DNA of 40,409 bases, from contig MNVK01000096.1 of assembly GCA_001871685.1 (NCBI GenBank), positions 1 to 40,409 on the forward strand, given 5' to 3'. The DNA is from Nitrospirae bacterium CG1_02_44_142. Its GTDB lineage: Bacteria; Nitrospirota; Thermodesulfovibrionia; Thermodesulfovibrionales; UBA1546. A model generated the notes under the pieces. That model was not told the DNA's origin. It searched no databases and saw only the letters and a list, made by a program, of their open reading frames with translations. Positions 17,801 to 24,766 of this stretch are shown here, in pieces; the stretch's first letter is position 1; every line of letters begins with the position of its first letter. Both the position numbers and the translations under genes were made by a program.

Positions 17801-18364
17801 TAAAAGCTCGTCAATAGGTAAAAGATGTTCCGGTTTTTTGCCGGTATGGATATCAATGAGCTCAAACAGGAATTTCTCAAGACCCTTGATTATCGCACTC
17901 TTGAATCTTGGTTCTTCAATATTGTTCAAGTCCTCTATTGTAGAAAGGTCATATATCCCTGCAATCTGGATTGACTCATCGGACTGTTTGTTAACTTCTT
18001 CCGTTTTATACAAAATAAGCTTCTGGAAGTTTGAGCATCCAAAATATTTGGCTTTTCTTTGCACTGCCTTTTCCCATGCTGGCTTTTTGAGTTCCTTAAA
18101 ATCAAATGGGTCAAAATAAGGCGGCTTAAGCTCAATAACGCATAGGGCATCGGTACTTTGAGGTGATTTATAAATGATGATATCAGGCTGTTTTCTGTCT
18201 GCGCCTACGGTTTCCTGTTCTGAAAAACCGATTGGTAAGGATTGCTCTTTGATTATCTGATTTATCCATTCAACAGCTTTTTGATTGGCGGTGCGCTCGG
18301 TCTTATTGCTTGAAGTATCATAAGGCGAAGATAATTTTATAGGCTTTCCTCTAATCTTAGACAT
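14855..18364 (-). CDS. Type IIG-like restriction-modification enzyme (N-terminal PD-(D/E)xK nuclease + gamma-class N6-adenine DNA methyltransferase + target-recognition domain)
   Basis: 1169 aa. The N-terminus 'QPDIIIY...CVIELKPP...CSNFQKLILY' resembles the HSDR_N/PD-ExK motif. MTase motif I is 'VIDPSCGAGTFLV' and motif IV is 'VGNPPYTRQEE'. An Eco57I/TaqI-type TRD motif 'RRGFTTGVNEFFYL' is present. The gene is visibly more A+T-rich than its neighbours and carries an in-frame repeat insertion at 15139-15180. Confidence 0.8.
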   Translation of the reverse strand: MSKIRGKPIKLSSPYDTSSNKTERTANQKAVEWINQIIKEQSLPIGFSEQETVGADRKQPDIIIYKSPQSTDALCVIELKPPYFDPFDFKELKKPAWEKAVQRKAKYFGCSNFQKLILYKTEEVNKQSDESIQIAGIYDLSTIEDLNNIEEPRFKSAIIKGLEKFLFELIDIHTGKKPEHLLPIDELLILKLHVKNLRLSRFYRNIIRDSFHKDSDFAKKLKIWFIEQQWSFAAQEEDFDKVARQTAYLLINKLLFYQALKTKYTNLASLLIPDDLTAGGQLQKILQQTYFNYITDNIDYETIYSTDFIDQIAFPDSREVVEEIKGLVAIIKEYDFSKIGFDIIGRIFEKLIPQEERHILGQYFTSPDVVDLILKFCLKHEDDKVIDPSCGAGTFLVRAYQHKKLMNNRLAHQEILESLWGVDIAKFPAHLATINLAINDLGVIKNYPNIAREDFFNLLVKPDGGVELTERWRKLKAKTLGTEQKEITHPRWFDCIVGNPPYTRQEEIAEITEKAGYKKNLIEKALIYGGRKLADISKRAGIHAYFFVHGTKFLKDGGRFGFIVSNSWMDVDYGKGLQELFLKNYKIIAIIESKVERWFEDADINTCIIILEKCKYQKERDENLVRFAYLLKPLRHFIPPAHDMWEKQKQRLDAIGNLIKTILYHNDFYQNDELRIYPKKQSELWEEGFDTEERKYTGSKWGKYLRAPEIFFKILEKGKDKLAPLKKIADIRRGFTTGVNEFFYLTEEEIKERGIEKEFWMHKNDKDEWAPNRVLVSPREAKKVVVSPEDLSKIVLFINKDKEKLKSKKVLSYIKQGERKGFHNRSTCSSRNRWYELEYRETWPIFYPRVHTDRQLVISNKYMFQADCSFMEIKPKRKRDVLPLLCFLLSTVSMLFKEFYSRTYGGGTGPIDIKGTDFEKTPVIKNFSKDGRLKLKKLAIKYPSPEIKSIFEDLKAYSSDEVSLDKVKPDRRELDKIIMGDILGLTDDEQLEVYRAVVDLVKSRIEKARSVDKKGKTTEGVDVELLTKTIKDKLGDKLLGHFYREKILNQKNLKTVKLFHLAPLTSPLSKGGKRGVEIKNELFGWRIFSGKDHIDCSSEAEAEFLKVWLESGLEEIKIPKDELYISKILPELKALKEKIDRIISDHISSITSQKLQNKILQKLQGELFA
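15139..15180. repeat. Nested C6/G6 double-hairpin element, copy D (inside the Type IIG CDS, exactly 42 nt)
   Basis: CCCCCC-TCTTT-CCCCCC-TTGCTAA-GGGGGG-ATGTAA-GGGGGG. The minus-strand reading across and flanking the element is LAPLTSPLSKGGKRGV. Confidence 0.85.
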
Positions 18365-18653
18365 CTTCTTTATCTTTCAATACCTGATTAACAATTCTTC
18401 TTGCAATCTCAAAGGCTGCTGCAATCCTGATAATCTTTACATCACCAAGCCCTTTGAATTGGAGAAATTTTTCAAGAGGCTGGTTTGCCATGCCTTTGAA
18501 TGAGCCGAACTTATTGAGAATCTCTTCTGCAACTTCCTCTGCCGATTTTCCTTTTGTGCCTGTGGAAACGAGAATTGACAACAGTTCGGCGTCTGTCAAA
18601 GATTCAGCGCCGAGTTCTCTAAGCTTTCCGCCGGGATGTTCCCAAGTTTTCAT
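18357..18653 (-). CDS. RadC N-terminal (UPF0758_N, helix-hairpin-helix) domain protein lacking the JAB/MPN domain
   Basis: 98 aa. 'KLRELGAESLTDAELLSILVSTGTKGKSAEEVAEEIL.KFGS..G.......L...KGLGDVKIIRIAAAFEIARR' matches RadC N-termini. No HNHPSG-type JAB motif follows. The stop overlaps the Type IIG start in the 8-nt sequence ATGTCTAA. Confidence 0.7.
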   Translation of the reverse strand: MKTWEHPGGKLRELGAESLTDAELLSILVSTGTKGKSAEEVAEEILNKFGSFKGMANQPLEKFLQFKGLGDVKIIRIAAAFEIARRIVNQVLKDKEDV

Positions 18654-18843
18654 AATTTATTCTCTCTCTAATTTTCCCCCTCAATATTAATCTTTATAGC
18701 AAAGAAATTCAATAGCGCCATAGTTCCGCAGAGCCATAGCTCGGATGCGAGTAAGCGGGGAAGCAATAAAGTTTCAGAGTATCAAAGAGCAATATAGTAG
18801 AAGGGTAAAAGTCCCATAGTCCGCTGGCGTGAAAACCGCAAAT

Positions 18844-19395
18844 CTAACGCGCTCTCTTGCGCCCGGATGCCCCGTATCTCGCCGTGCTTTCCCTGACCTC
18901 AAATCCTATTTTCCTTTTCTTCGGTTCCGGCGGTGTCATGAGTTGGCGGATTGCATCAAACACGACCTTGAACTGAGTGTCATATTTCTTTTCAATATCA
19001 TCAAGCCTTCGGGCAAGGTCTTTATTTGCGGCTATCATTTCTCGCAGTTTTACGAATGCCCGCATTATGGCAATGTTGACCTGAACTGCTCGCTCACTGT
19101 TGAGAACGCTTGAAAGCATTGCCACGCCCTGCTCAGTGAAGGCATAAGGAAAAGAGCCGCCAAAATACTTCTTATGTGGTATCACATTTTGTGATACCAG
19201 CCATTCGGCCTCGGAATCTTTCAGTTGGAACATGAAATCTTCAGGGAATCTGTCGATATTCCTTTTTACAGCTTGGTTTAATGCTCTTGTTTCTACCCCA
19301 TATAATTCTGCTAAATGTATGCTTAATATAATCTTCTGCCCGCGTATCAGATAGATTTTCTTCTCAACCACATCTTCTGGAATTAATTCTTTCAT
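18844..19395 (-). CDS. ORF6N (KilA-N-like) DNA-binding domain protein
   Basis: '[45 protein letters not shown]' and '[37 protein letters not shown]' are the classic ORF6N signature. The protein has a coiled-coil and a basic C-terminal tail. Confidence 0.8.
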   Translation of the reverse strand: MKELIPEDVVEKKIYLIRGQKIILSIHLAELYGVETRALNQAVKRNIDRFPEDFMFQLKDSEAEWLVSQNVIPHKKYFGGSFPYAFTEQGVAMLSSVLNSERAVQVNIAIMRAFVKLREMIAANKDLARRLDDIEKKYDTQFKVVFDAIRQLMTPPEPKKRKIGFEVRESTARYGASGRKRAR

Positions 19396-19564
19396 CGTGT
19401 TTCCCTCCCCAATTTCCCCTCAATCATACCCCTTCAAGCGCGGGAATTTCAAGAAAGAAAAGGGTGATGAAAGGGCGCCAGCATAATGGCAGTCTCTTAA
19501 ACTTTTTTTCTTAATGCTATAATAAACAAGATTGCCGCGCAATGACAGAAAAGGACAAAAATCT

Positions 19565-20959
19565 ATGTTAGATAACGAGCTTCTTCTTAAGATTCTCAAA
19601 AAGACTCTCTCTTCTGGAGGCGAGTATGCAGACGTGTTCGTTGAACACAGAAGGCCTACATCCATACAGCTTGAAGACAATAAGATAGAAAAGATATTCA
19701 CAGGCGTAGATTCAGGGGTTGGGATAAGGCTGATAGCAAATGGAAAAACTTATTACGCCTTCAGCAACGACATATCCGAAAAGGCATTGTTAGAGCTGGC
19801 CGGAAGTTTAAAGGCATTACATCTTGCAAGCGGGAAGTCAGAGGACAAAGACTTTACGCTGGACCTTAGAAAACAGAAACCTAATGTTGATTACACTATA
19901 AAACTTCTTCCTGAAAAGATACCCATAGACAAAAAAATAGAGCTCGTGAGGGCTGCAAACAAGACTGCAAGGGATTTTGATAAAAGGGTAAAACAGGCAT
20001 TAGTCGGATACCGCGACTTTGTGCAGAAAGTCCAGATAGCGGCGTCTGACGGTTTTACGGCAGAAGATGAGCGTATTCATACGCTTATGGTTATCCACAT
20101 AGTAGCCTCTGACAACGGCATAACCCAGACAGGATATGAACATGCAGGAGGCTCTATCGGCTTTGAGCTTTTTGAGAGTGTAAAGCCGGAAGATATAGCA
20201 TTAAAGGCTGTAAGGCGTTCTCTCATGATGCTTAATGCCGGAAGGGCGCCGGGCGGAAGAATGCCTGTCGTCATATCATCAGAGGCAGGCGGCACCATGA
20301 TACATGAAGCAATAGGACACGGGCTTGAGGCTGACCTGGCACAGCAGGGACTCTCAGTATATTCTAAAAAAATAGGTGAGATAGTTGCATCTCCTTTAGT
20401 CACGGTAATTGACGATGCAACACTTCCAAACAAAAGAGGCTCCTTCCGCTTTGACGACGAAGGCACGCCGGCGCAGAGAACAGCGCTTGTAAAAAATGGG
20501 GTGCTTACAGGGTATATGTACGACAGGTTGACAGCCATGCAGGACAACACAGGCTCAACCGGAAACGGACGCAGAGAGTCATATCGCAGCAGGCCGATTC
20601 CGCGAATGACAAACACCTTTATTGCCCCCGGGAAATCCAGGCCCGAAGACGTCCTGAAATCCGTTGCGAAAGGCATCTTCATCAGAAAGATGGGCGGCGG
20701 ACAGGTAAACACAGTAAACGGCGACTTTGTATTTGAGGTTCAGGAAGGCTATATAATTAAGAATGGCGTTATCGGAGAACCTGTAAGAGGCGCAACACTT
20801 ACAGGAAACGGGCCTGCAATCTTGAAATCTATTGACATGGTTGCTTCTGACCTCGGCTTTTCAATAGGGACCTGCGGAAAGGACAATCAGGGAGCTCCTG
20901 TGTCAGATGCAATGCCCACAATAAGAATACCTGAGATTGTAGTTGGCGGCGAGGCGTAA
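19565..20959 (+). CDS. tldD: TldD-family metalloprotease
   Basis: 'HEAIGHGLEAD' metal-binding motif and a TldD/PmbA fold pattern ('GGQVN..NGDFVFEV'). Start set at the ATG at 19565, which follows AAGGA. The track ORF starts at a TTG at 19532. Confidence 0.9.
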   Translation: MLDNELLLKILKKTLSSGGEYADVFVEHRRPTSIQLEDNKIEKIFTGVDSGVGIRLIANGKTYYAFSNDISEKALLELAGSLKALHLASGKSEDKDFTLDLRKQKPNVDYTIKLLPEKIPIDKKIELVRAANKTARDFDKRVKQALVGYRDFVQKVQIAASDGFTAEDERIHTLMVIHIVASDNGITQTGYEHAGGSIGFELFESVKPEDIALKAVRRSLMMLNAGRAPGGRMPVVISSEAGGTMIHEAIGHGLEADLAQQGLSVYSKKIGEIVASPLVTVIDDATLPNKRGSFRFDDEGTPAQRTALVKNGVLTGYMYDRLTAMQDNTGSTGNGRRESYRSRPIPRMTNTFIAPGKSRPEDVLKSVAKGIFIRKMGGGQVNTVNGDFVFEVQEGYIIKNGVIGEPVRGATLTGNGPAILKSIDMVASDLGFSIGTCGKDNQGAPVSDAMPTIRIPEIVVGGEA

Positions 20960-20975
20960 TCCGCCTGAGGCGGAT
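20959..20975. repeat. Hairpin ATCCGCC-TGA-GGCGGAT overlapping the last base of the tldD stop codon
   Basis: It shares AATCCGCCTGAG with 14640-14651. No U-run follows on either strand, so it is not a canonical intrinsic terminator. Confidence 0.55.
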
Positions 20976-21103
20976 AAAAATCATTATCTCATGTGTGTTA
21001 ATAACCATACATCTGATGAATATAAACAACATCCGCCCTGCAAAAACCTATTGATTTAAAAGACTTTTATCTTGGCATATTATTTGCGTTCCCTCCATCT
21101 GTT

Positions 21104-21994
21104 ATGCGTTTACAAAGAACTATAAAACAGGAAGTAAGTTTTGCAGGCATTGGGCTTCATACAGGAGCACATGTAAGTGTAAAACTAAAACCGGCGTCCA
21201 GAGATAGCGGCATTATTTTCCATAGAATAGATAAAAATGTAATGATAAGGGCGCATGTAGGCGAAGTTTCAGACACTGCCTTTGCAACAAGCCTGGGCCA
21301 TAACGGCGCCAGGATAAAAACCGTTGAACATTTCCTCGCTGCGGCATCAGGATTAGGGATAGATAACCTTATCATTGAACTTGACGGCCCTGAGATACCT
21401 ATACTTGATGGAAGTTCTACCGGACTGATTGACATAATCCTGAGAGGCGGAATTGCGAAACAGGGGAAGAGAAGGTCGTATCTGCGCATTACAAAACCTA
21501 TATTCTTTGAGGATGGACATTCGGAAATTGCCGCTTTCCCGCATAACGGCAGAAGATTGACATACAGAATTTACTTTAACCACCATCTATTAGGAGAGCA
21601 AAAATTAACCTTAGAACTGAACGAAGAAACATTTGCAAGAGAAGTTGCTCCGGCAAGGACCTTCGGGTTTGTGAAAGATGTAGAGTATCTCAGGGCCAAC
21701 GGGCTTGCAAAAGGCGGCTCTCTTGACAATGCTGTCATCCTTGGAGACGATGGTGTGCTGAATAAATCAGGCCTGAGATTTAAGGATGAATTCGTAAGAC
21801 ATAAAATGCTTGATTTTATTGGCGATATCTCCCTGATAGGATTCCCTATCTACGGACATCTTGTAGCGAGCAAGGCAGGTCATTCTACAAATATAAAATT
21901 CGTAAAAAATCTGCTTTCTGCAGCGGACTGCTGGGAAATTGTATCTGATACTGACATTGAATATGCCCGGGTTAATGCATTGGCATATTCATAA
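21104..21994 (+). CDS. lpxC: UDP-3-O-acyl-N-acetylglucosamine deacetylase
   Basis: 'QRTIKQEVSFAGIGLHTG', 'TVEHFLAA' and 'FVRHKMLDFIGDISL' are LpxC signatures. Confidence 0.95.
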   Translation: MRLQRTIKQEVSFAGIGLHTGAHVSVKLKPASRDSGIIFHRIDKNVMIRAHVGEVSDTAFATSLGHNGARIKTVEHFLAAASGLGIDNLIIELDGPEIPILDGSSTGLIDIILRGGIAKQGKRRSYLRITKPIFFEDGHSEIAAFPHNGRRLTYRIYFNHHLLGEQKLTLELNEETFAREVAPARTFGFVKDVEYLRANGLAKGGSLDNAVILGDDGVLNKSGLRFKDEFVRHKMLDFIGDISLIGFPIYGHLVASKAGHSTNIKFVKNLLSAADCWEIVSDTDIEYARVNALAYS

Positions 21995-22091
21995 AAAATC
22001 CATATATTTCAAGAAGTTATAAAAAACTACTTGATTTTTTCTCCGAAATCAGTATCTTATATAGTTACATCGTTTGTTTTCTAAATTGAAA

Positions 22092-22130
22092 AATAAAAAA
22101 AAGAGGGCTGGAGATTGCACTCCCCAGCCC
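22092..22130 (-). terminator. Rho-independent terminator after the lysine-rich micro-ORF
   Basis: Minus strand: GGGCTGGGGA-GTGCAA-TCTCCAGCCC, followed by TCTTTTTTTTATTTTT. Confidence 0.65.
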
Positions 22131-22151
22131 AAAAGACTCTGAAACACTTAC

Positions 22152-22193
22152 TTATTTCTTTTTCTTCTTTGCTGCTTTCTTCTTAGCTGCCAT
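22152..22193 (-). CDS. 13-codon lysine-rich micro-ORF (MAAKKKAAKKKKK)
   Basis: The ATG is preceded by GGGGGTGA, which has one mismatch to the extended SD GGAGGTGA, at 6-nt spacing. TAA is followed 21 nt later by a strong intrinsic terminator. It is below the ORF-track size cutoff. Confidence 0.35.
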   Translation of the reverse strand: MAAKKKAAKKKKK

Positions 22194-22254
22194 TCTAATT
22201 CACCCCCTCTCCAACCCTCTTTGAGTCATTAGACTCAAAGGGGAAAGTTTTAAT

Positions 22255-22851
22255 CTAAAGCCTGCCTATCAAGATAATCCTTCTGCCTGATAGCAGTTTT
22301 TCTAAATCTGCATCGGCATTTTCTTTCCTGTGTTTATATTCAGACTCATCAAGCGCAGTATAGTTAATCTTCTTGCCAAACTTATCTTCAAGCTCTTTTA
22401 ACCCTGCGCCTATGTCATTGGAAGCCGCCCCTATTATGAAAAGGTCAACACTGCCGACATCCTCACCCTCTGCGTAAGGGCCGTAAAGGAATGCCGCCTT
22501 TGCGCCAGCCATCCTCACCATTGTCTTAAGCGCTCCGGGGAGACCAAGGGATTTATCAATGAGGTTTTTAAGCTCCGGAAACAGCGGAGACGTCTTATTT
22601 GCCTGAAAGTATCTAAGATTAGCAACCCTATGGCTGAACAAAATCCCCATCTTCTCAAGGTTGTCAAGCTCTCTCTTTACCCCTGAAGGATTCTTTCTTA
22701 TAAGGTTGGCTATTTCCCTGACATAGAATTTTTCATCAGGGTTGTTAAGCAGAAGGGCAAGCACGTCAGCCCTTATTGCCGAGGAAAACAACATCTTCAA
22801 CGAGGTCTCGCCTGTCTGCTGCTTAACCGTTCCTGTCTGCTGTTTAACCAT
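22255..22851 (-). CDS. Winged-helix (ArsR-like) regulator fused to a minimal nucleotidyltransferase (MNT-like) domain
   Basis: The wHTH region is 'RADVLALLLNNPDEKFYVREIANLIRKNPSGVKRELDNLEKMGIL'. The NTase motif is 'LYGPYAEGEDVGSVDLFIIG' (G.....G....S.DL). The N-terminus has a tandem VKQQTG duplication. The alternative start is the ATG at 22794. Confidence 0.6.
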   Translation of the reverse strand: MVKQQTGTVKQQTGETSLKMLFSSAIRADVLALLLNNPDEKFYVREIANLIRKNPSGVKRELDNLEKMGILFSHRVANLRYFQANKTSPLFPELKNLIDKSLGLPGALKTMVRMAGAKAAFLYGPYAEGEDVGSVDLFIIGAASNDIGAGLKELEDKFGKKINYTALDESEYKHRKENADADLEKLLSGRRIILIGRL

Positions 22852-23194
22852 TCTGCATTAATTTATAACACAACAAAACATATTTGTCAACAAAAAAATT
22901 ACTTTTTTATACAAAAAATCATTTTTTATGATTATCCACATATAATTTTGATTCAATACATGTTTTTAGGTCAACAATTAATCGCTCTATTTACACAAAG
23001 CTATATTTAAAGTAAATCGGTGCAATCCTATTTATAAACAAAACATACGCCTAATGTATACAGAACAATAGAATTGTACACTTAACATTACAATCCATAG
23101 AACAATCGTTTATTTTTATAGCAAATCCTACATATTGTGGTATTCGGCTTAACAGGCACAAGTGAGAATGAGATTGGCAACCTTCTCCCATCGC

Positions 23195-23224
23195 TTGACA
23201 TAATCTATAAGCAACTCATAAAAT
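23195..23224 (+). promoter_or_regulatory. Sigma70-type promoter (TTGACA-18 nt-TAAAAT) placed for a leaderless transcript of the 23230 ORF
   Basis: TTGACA is at 23195-23200 and TAAAAT at 23219-23224. The ATG at 23230 lies 6 nt after the -10 element. No SD precedes it. Confidence 0.4.
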
Positions 23225-23229
23225 TAACC

Positions 23230-23664
23230 ATGTCAGCTGATGATAAAGTCGTCCTGAGATTCATTGACGGCAAACTACTTAGGGGATATTTGAAGGAATT
23301 CTCTCAGGAGTCTCCTGAGATTTTATTCAAAAAACTGGATGGGAAAAGGACCCAGGCCATCCCTATGCTAAAACTTAAGGCGATATTTTTTGTAAAGACG
23401 TTTGAAGGCGACAGCGGATATATAGAAAAAAAGATATACGGACTCAGACAGAGCGAAGGCAAAAAAATATTTGTTAAATTCAATGATGACGAATCAATGG
23501 TGGGTTATCTTCAGGGCGGCGTCCCCTGGAATAAAGGCTTTTTCCTCTCTAAACCCGATAATGGGAAAAAAGGCTTTTTTCTTGTGCCCGTGGATAAAGC
23601 CAGCAATAATATCAGGGTGTTTGTTGTAAGGTCAGCAGTTAAGGATATCACAGCTATTCCCTGA
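23230..23664 (+). CDS. Hypothetical protein with two tandem similar half-domains
   Basis: Start set at the ATG at 23230 (MSADDKVVLRF); the track begins at a GTG at 23137. The halves share V.[RK]F.D....GYL ... [IV].V[FV]V[KR]. No family was recognised. Confidence 0.45.
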   Translation: MSADDKVVLRFIDGKLLRGYLKEFSQESPEILFKKLDGKRTQAIPMLKLKAIFFVKTFEGDSGYIEKKIYGLRQSEGKKIFVKFNDDESMVGYLQGGVPWNKGFFLSKPDNGKKGFFLVPVDKASNNIRVFVVRSAVKDITAIP

Positions 23665-23757
23665 ATTCCTTCGCTCCGGCTAAGTATAATCTTGTAGAAT
23701 TATTTATGAGCCATAGGGTATACTTACACAACAGTTTCCGCATCTTAGGAGGAAGCA

Positions 23758-24714
23758 ATGACAAGGCTTAAGGCATTCATTTCTGTATTAATAATACTAA
23801 TCTCCTGCGGCGTTTCCAGCGCAGCAATACTCCTTGACAAGGTAATCGCAGTCGTGAATCAGGAAGTCATAACCTGGAGCGATTTGTATAAGGCGATGGA
23901 ATTTGAGGCAAGCGATAAAATGAAGGACATAAAAGAAGAGGAAAGAAGAAAAATATTCAAGGAGAATGAAGGCGCATTCCTTGAAGTTCTGATAGACATG
24001 AAATTGCAGATTCAGGCCGCAAAACAGAGAGGGATAGATGCAGCGGCAGAGGAGATAGCCGAGGCTATAAACGACATAAAGAAAAAATATTCAATGGATG
24101 AACAATCATTTATAGTTTCACTGAAAAAAGAAGGGTTTACATTAGATGAATACAAGAAAAAACTCTCAGAACAGATTATATTAAGCAGGGTAGTTTCTCA
24201 GGAGGTAAGAAATAAAATAGTCATTTCTGAGACTGAGATAGCGAAATACATGGGGAAAAATAAGGATGCGCTGATAGCTGATGAGGCTTACAGGATAAGG
24301 CAGATTTTCTTCAGGAAACCAAACAGCAATACTGACAGAAAAACGGTAGAAGAAAAGGCAGAAGCTCTTTACCTGCAGATAAAGGCTGGAGAAAATTTCG
24401 CTTCCCTCGCCCAGAAATATTCCGAAGACCCGTCAGGCAAGACAGGCGGAGACCTTGGTTTTATTAAAAAGGGCTACATGGCTAAAGAATTTACAGCTGC
24501 GCTGTCAAAAATGAAAAAGGGCGATGTCAGTCAGCCCTTCTGGACTGACATGGGACTGCATATCATTAAACTTGAAGAAAAAATAGAAAAACAGAACGAA
24601 GCTGCAATAAAAGAAGCCGCCAGAAATACATTAATGGAAAAGTATTTTTCCGAGAGATACAAACACTGGCTCAGAGAACTAAGAGAAACCGCCTATATTG
24701 AGATAAGGCTATAG
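23758..24714 (+). CDS. SurA-like periplasmic chaperone / parvulin-type peptidyl-prolyl isomerase
   Basis: It has a signal peptide, a SurA_N-like helical region and a parvulin domain 'GGDLGFIKKGYMAKEF......G.VS.PF.T..GLHIIKLEE'. Confidence 0.85.
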   Translation: MTRLKAFISVLIILISCGVSSAAILLDKVIAVVNQEVITWSDLYKAMEFEASDKMKDIKEEERRKIFKENEGAFLEVLIDMKLQIQAAKQRGIDAAAEEIAEAINDIKKKYSMDEQSFIVSLKKEGFTLDEYKKKLSEQIILSRVVSQEVRNKIVISETEIAKYMGKNKDALIADEAYRIRQIFFRKPNSNTDRKTVEEKAEALYLQIKAGENFASLAQKYSEDPSGKTGGDLGFIKKGYMAKEFTAALSKMKKGDVSQPFWTDMGLHIIKLEEKIEKQNEAAIKEAARNTLMEKYFSERYKHWLRELRETAYIEIRL

Positions 24715-24766
24715 TAATGGTGCAGAGGGTTCAGCAACAGAGTATGCTTGAGAGGAGGCATCTGCC

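Noticed and set aside
21073-21087. Near-consensus sigma-54 promoter TGGCAT-N5-TTGC, 17 nt upstream of the lpxC ATG. A sigma54-dependent activator is encoded in the window.
   Set aside because: The predicted TSS would leave a ~5-nt leader without an SD. lpxC is not a known sigma54 target. A 9-specified-base pattern is expected about 0.3 times by chance in 40 kb on two strands. No upstream activator-site repeats were seen.
22932-22940. Perfect DnaA box TTATCCACA inside the 380-bp A+T-rich divergent intergenic region, which could suggest oriC.
   Set aside because: Only one good box is present; the nearest other candidate, TGTGGTATT, matches 6/9. No dnaA/dnaN/gidA context is present. There is no consistent gene-strand switch around it, because tldD/lpxC to the left are already on the plus strand. 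A single 9-mer is expected by chance about 0.3 times in this window.
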